DNA of 48,834 nucleotides from a virus: IMG/VR virus record IMGVR_UViG_3300005976_000005, positions 100,448 to 149,281 of that record; one strand, 5' to 3'. Shown piece by piece: positions 46,865 to 48,834 of this stretch (position 1 is its first letter; each line of letters starts with the position of its first letter). The notes under the pieces were generated by a model. It saw only the letters and a program-made list of their open reading frames with translations, ran no database searches and was not told where the DNA came from. The position numbers and the translations under genes were made by a program.

Positions 46865-47803
46865 TTACGTTATTGTGTCTGCGCTTGTAAACCATCTAAA
46901 GCCCTTCTCATCATCCAAGTAATCTCCACTGAATGTGTACTGAGCACTTGTTGGAAGTGCGCTTGTCGTGAGACTATCGGCAGAAGTAAACAAAAATCCT
47001 GAAGTACTAAATGTATCAGCAGAAACAACAATTCCATCAAAGTCTGAGCTACTTACTGATGTTGCTGAAACAGCAGGACTAGATGAATCAACAACAAAGT
47101 ACTTACTATCAATGATCTTGATAATATTGCTATATTCGAATGGTCTGTACATCCAAGCTTCTACTGTCAAATCTAGTGTTCCATTAACATATCTTCTATC
47201 ATCATCTGATATCTCTGGTGATATAAACTCTGGAACCACTCCTGGCATTGTAACTCTCAAGTCTCTTTCAACATTAAGAAACGAAAATTCCTTGACTCTT
47301 AGAAACAAAGCAGGGTTGAAATATGGTAAAACATTTTCCATTATTTGAGAAAAGTAATCCATAGAGTCTGTCATTATATGCATCGTATAACTTATATCAT
47401 ATGGTGCTGGTTGGTAGTCTCTAAGAATTTCATCAACATTTACTCCACTGGTAGCAATTATCTCCTGAAACCATTCTCTCCATTCATTCACACCATATGC
47501 TCTTTCAGCGTTATAAGCGATACCATTCATAACTAGTGCGATTCTTGGTGTAGAAATCCAATATCTCTGACCGTGTGATTCAACTTGAGCATATCCATTC
47601 TCATCGGTCGCGCTTGCTATATATTCATGATCTTCTATTCTATTTTGGTGTTCTTTCTCCACGGGACCAAATGAAATAGGAACATTGTACTCCTTTACGA
47701 ATTCACCTGTTGATGTGTACTTGTGAACCTTTAGATCATTAAATAAGTCCATCAAAGCAACAGTTACATTTTTAATGGTTCGTGGATAATAATAAAAAAT
47801 CAT
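46865..47803 (-). CDS. Tail sheath stabiliser/terminator (gp15-like)
   Basis: YYYPRTIKNVTVALMDLFNDL..VPISFGP..PRIA..PAPYDI..QIMENVLPYFNP. Confidence 0.9.
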   Translation of the reverse strand: MIFYYYPRTIKNVTVALMDLFNDLKVHKYTSTGEFVKEYNVPISFGPVEKEHQNRIEDHEYIASATDENGYAQVESHGQRYWISTPRIALVMNGIAYNAERAYGVNEWREWFQEIIATSGVNVDEILRDYQPAPYDISYTMHIMTDSMDYFSQIMENVLPYFNPALFLRVKEFSFLNVERDLRVTMPGVVPEFISPEISDDDRRYVNGTLDLTVEAWMYRPFEYSNIIKIIDSKYFVVDSSSPAVSATSVSSSDFDGIVVSADTFSTSGFLFTSADSLTTSALPTSAQYTFSGDYLDDEKGFRWFTSADTIT

Positions 47804-47812
47804 AAAAATACC

Positions 47813-48034
47813 TTAGTATTGCTGTTTATCTTCTACTCCAAGAGCATTGATTATCTTTTGAAGATTATCTCCAATATATTCCCAACCGTACATTTTACCA
47901 AGCTCCATTCCAAGATCGTCGTCAAAGTAGTCTATTCCTCTCTTCTTCATAATTCTTCTAGCCGTCTCAATAACATCATCAAGACCTTCAACTTCTTCTT
48001 CAGCATATCTGTCTAGTTCTTCTAAAAAGTTCAT
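47813..48034 (-). CDS. Small acidic hypothetical protein
   Basis: AAGGAG RBS then ATG 48034, MNFLEELDRYAEEE (the track starts at 48094). Confidence 0.7.
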   Translation of the reverse strand: MNFLEELDRYAEEEVEGLDDVIETARRIMKKRGIDYFDDDLGMELGKMYGWEYIGDNLQKIINALGVEDKQQY

Positions 48035-48044
48035 TTGAGTCTCC

Positions 48045-48422
48045 TTATTTCTGTATTTTCTCAAGTTTGGAATAATAATCTGACATTTTAGCAAGATTAT
48101 CTAATGCTATTTTTCTAGCTATCGCTTCAGAGTCCGTATGTTTCATCTCAACCTTTATTCCCTTCTTCAGTTCTTCCTCGTCAATTTCTTCCGGTGGATT
48201 TCTTTTATACTCACCAGCATTAAAGAAATCTGACAAAAGTTCATATATCTTTTCTTCAAGCTCATGCTCGTCTATTCCAAGCTGTTCTGCTAATTCATGA
48301 ACTTCTTTATCTGTTGGTTTCTCACTAGAAGAAAAGAAATCTATAATAGCACCCATCACCATATCTTCCTTTTCCAGTGCTACATTTCTTTCTTGCTCTG
48401 CCAAAAACTTTTTGAATGACAT
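48045..48422 (-). CDS. Probable internal head protein with DUF5661-like C-terminus
   Basis: MSFKKFLAE N-terminus; ELKKGIKVEMKHT..ARKIALDNL..DYYSKL. Confidence 0.65.
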   Translation of the reverse strand: MSFKKFLAEQERNVALEKEDMVMGAIIDFFSSSEKPTDKEVHELAEQLGIDEHELEEKIYELLSDFFNAGEYKRNPPEEIDEEELKKGIKVEMKHTDSEAIARKIALDNLAKMSDYYSKLEKIQK

Positions 48423-48429
48423 TTTATCC

Positions 48430-48834
48430 TCACATATTAAAAATAAATTTTAATTGTCCTGAATTATACAATCTATAAATATTTCTTTCTAACATAATCT
48501 GATGTTCTGACTTATCACAATCAAATCCTTGCTTAATCAAAACGTCCTTTCTATAATTGAATCTATTTTCTCTAATTCCTTTATTCACATAATAGTAATT
48601 TGGTTGTGTGATACAATGTAATTTAAAACCTAAATTATCATATAAAGTTTTACCATTATTCATTGTCCAACTTCTATCAGCATAACTAATAATCTGTTCT
48701 GTATTATATTCATTTATAAAATACTTAAACAACTTATTAGCACCACCAACAACAGAAGTATTTATCTTGTTACAAAACCTTAACAATTCATATAAACCTT
48801 CTTTTGATTGTTGTCCTAAACATTTTCTTAATTT
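48430..48834 (-). CDS. Hef-like endonuclease, C-terminal part (5'-partial)
   Basis: DNA nearly identical to 40220-40605; ELLRFCNKINTSVVGGANKLFKYF..SYADRSW. Confidence 0.85.
   Translation of the reverse strand, partial: KLRKCLGQQSKEGLYELLRFCNKINTSVVGGANKLFKYFINEYNTEQIISYADRSWTMNNGKTLYDNLGFKLHCITQPNYYYVNKGIRENRFNYRKDVLIKQGFDCDKSEHQIMLERNIYRLYNSGQLKFIFNM

Noticed and set aside
1-48834. Stop-codon reassignment as seen in some jumbo phages
   Set aside because: Conserved genes are full length in the standard code, and TAA, TAG and TGA all terminate genes
1-48834. tRNA or rRNA genes
   Set aside because: No cloverleaf with a T-loop GTTC motif or rRNA-like sequence was seen in the few intergenic gaps

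Overview
48.8 kb of the late (virion morphogenesis) region of a large T4-like myovirus, probably a jumbo phage with a bacterial host. Essentially all genes are on the minus strand. In reading order: tail terminator gp15, terminase small and large subunits, sheath gp18, two tube-like genes, gp26/gp51-like chaperones, a tape-measure-like protein with an M15 peptidase, baseplate genes (gp48/54, gp53, gp27, gp5, gp25, gp6, gp7-like), large beta-helix/PKD virion proteins, gp3, regA, and a group of probable internal head proteins that includes nucleotidyltransferase and ligase-like enzymes. The region is heavily parasitised. The large terminase is broken into three ORFs that can only be rejoined by two atypically split inteins, and it also carries two contiguous LAGLIDADG inteins. 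There are five free-standing Zn-ribbon/PD-(D/E)xK endonuclease genes and two decayed endonuclease relics. Two ~210-bp non-autonomous TnpB-derived elements (one IS200/IS605-type, one IS607-type) keep only their ends and the omega-RNA region. All calls come from reading motifs by eye; no database searches were run.
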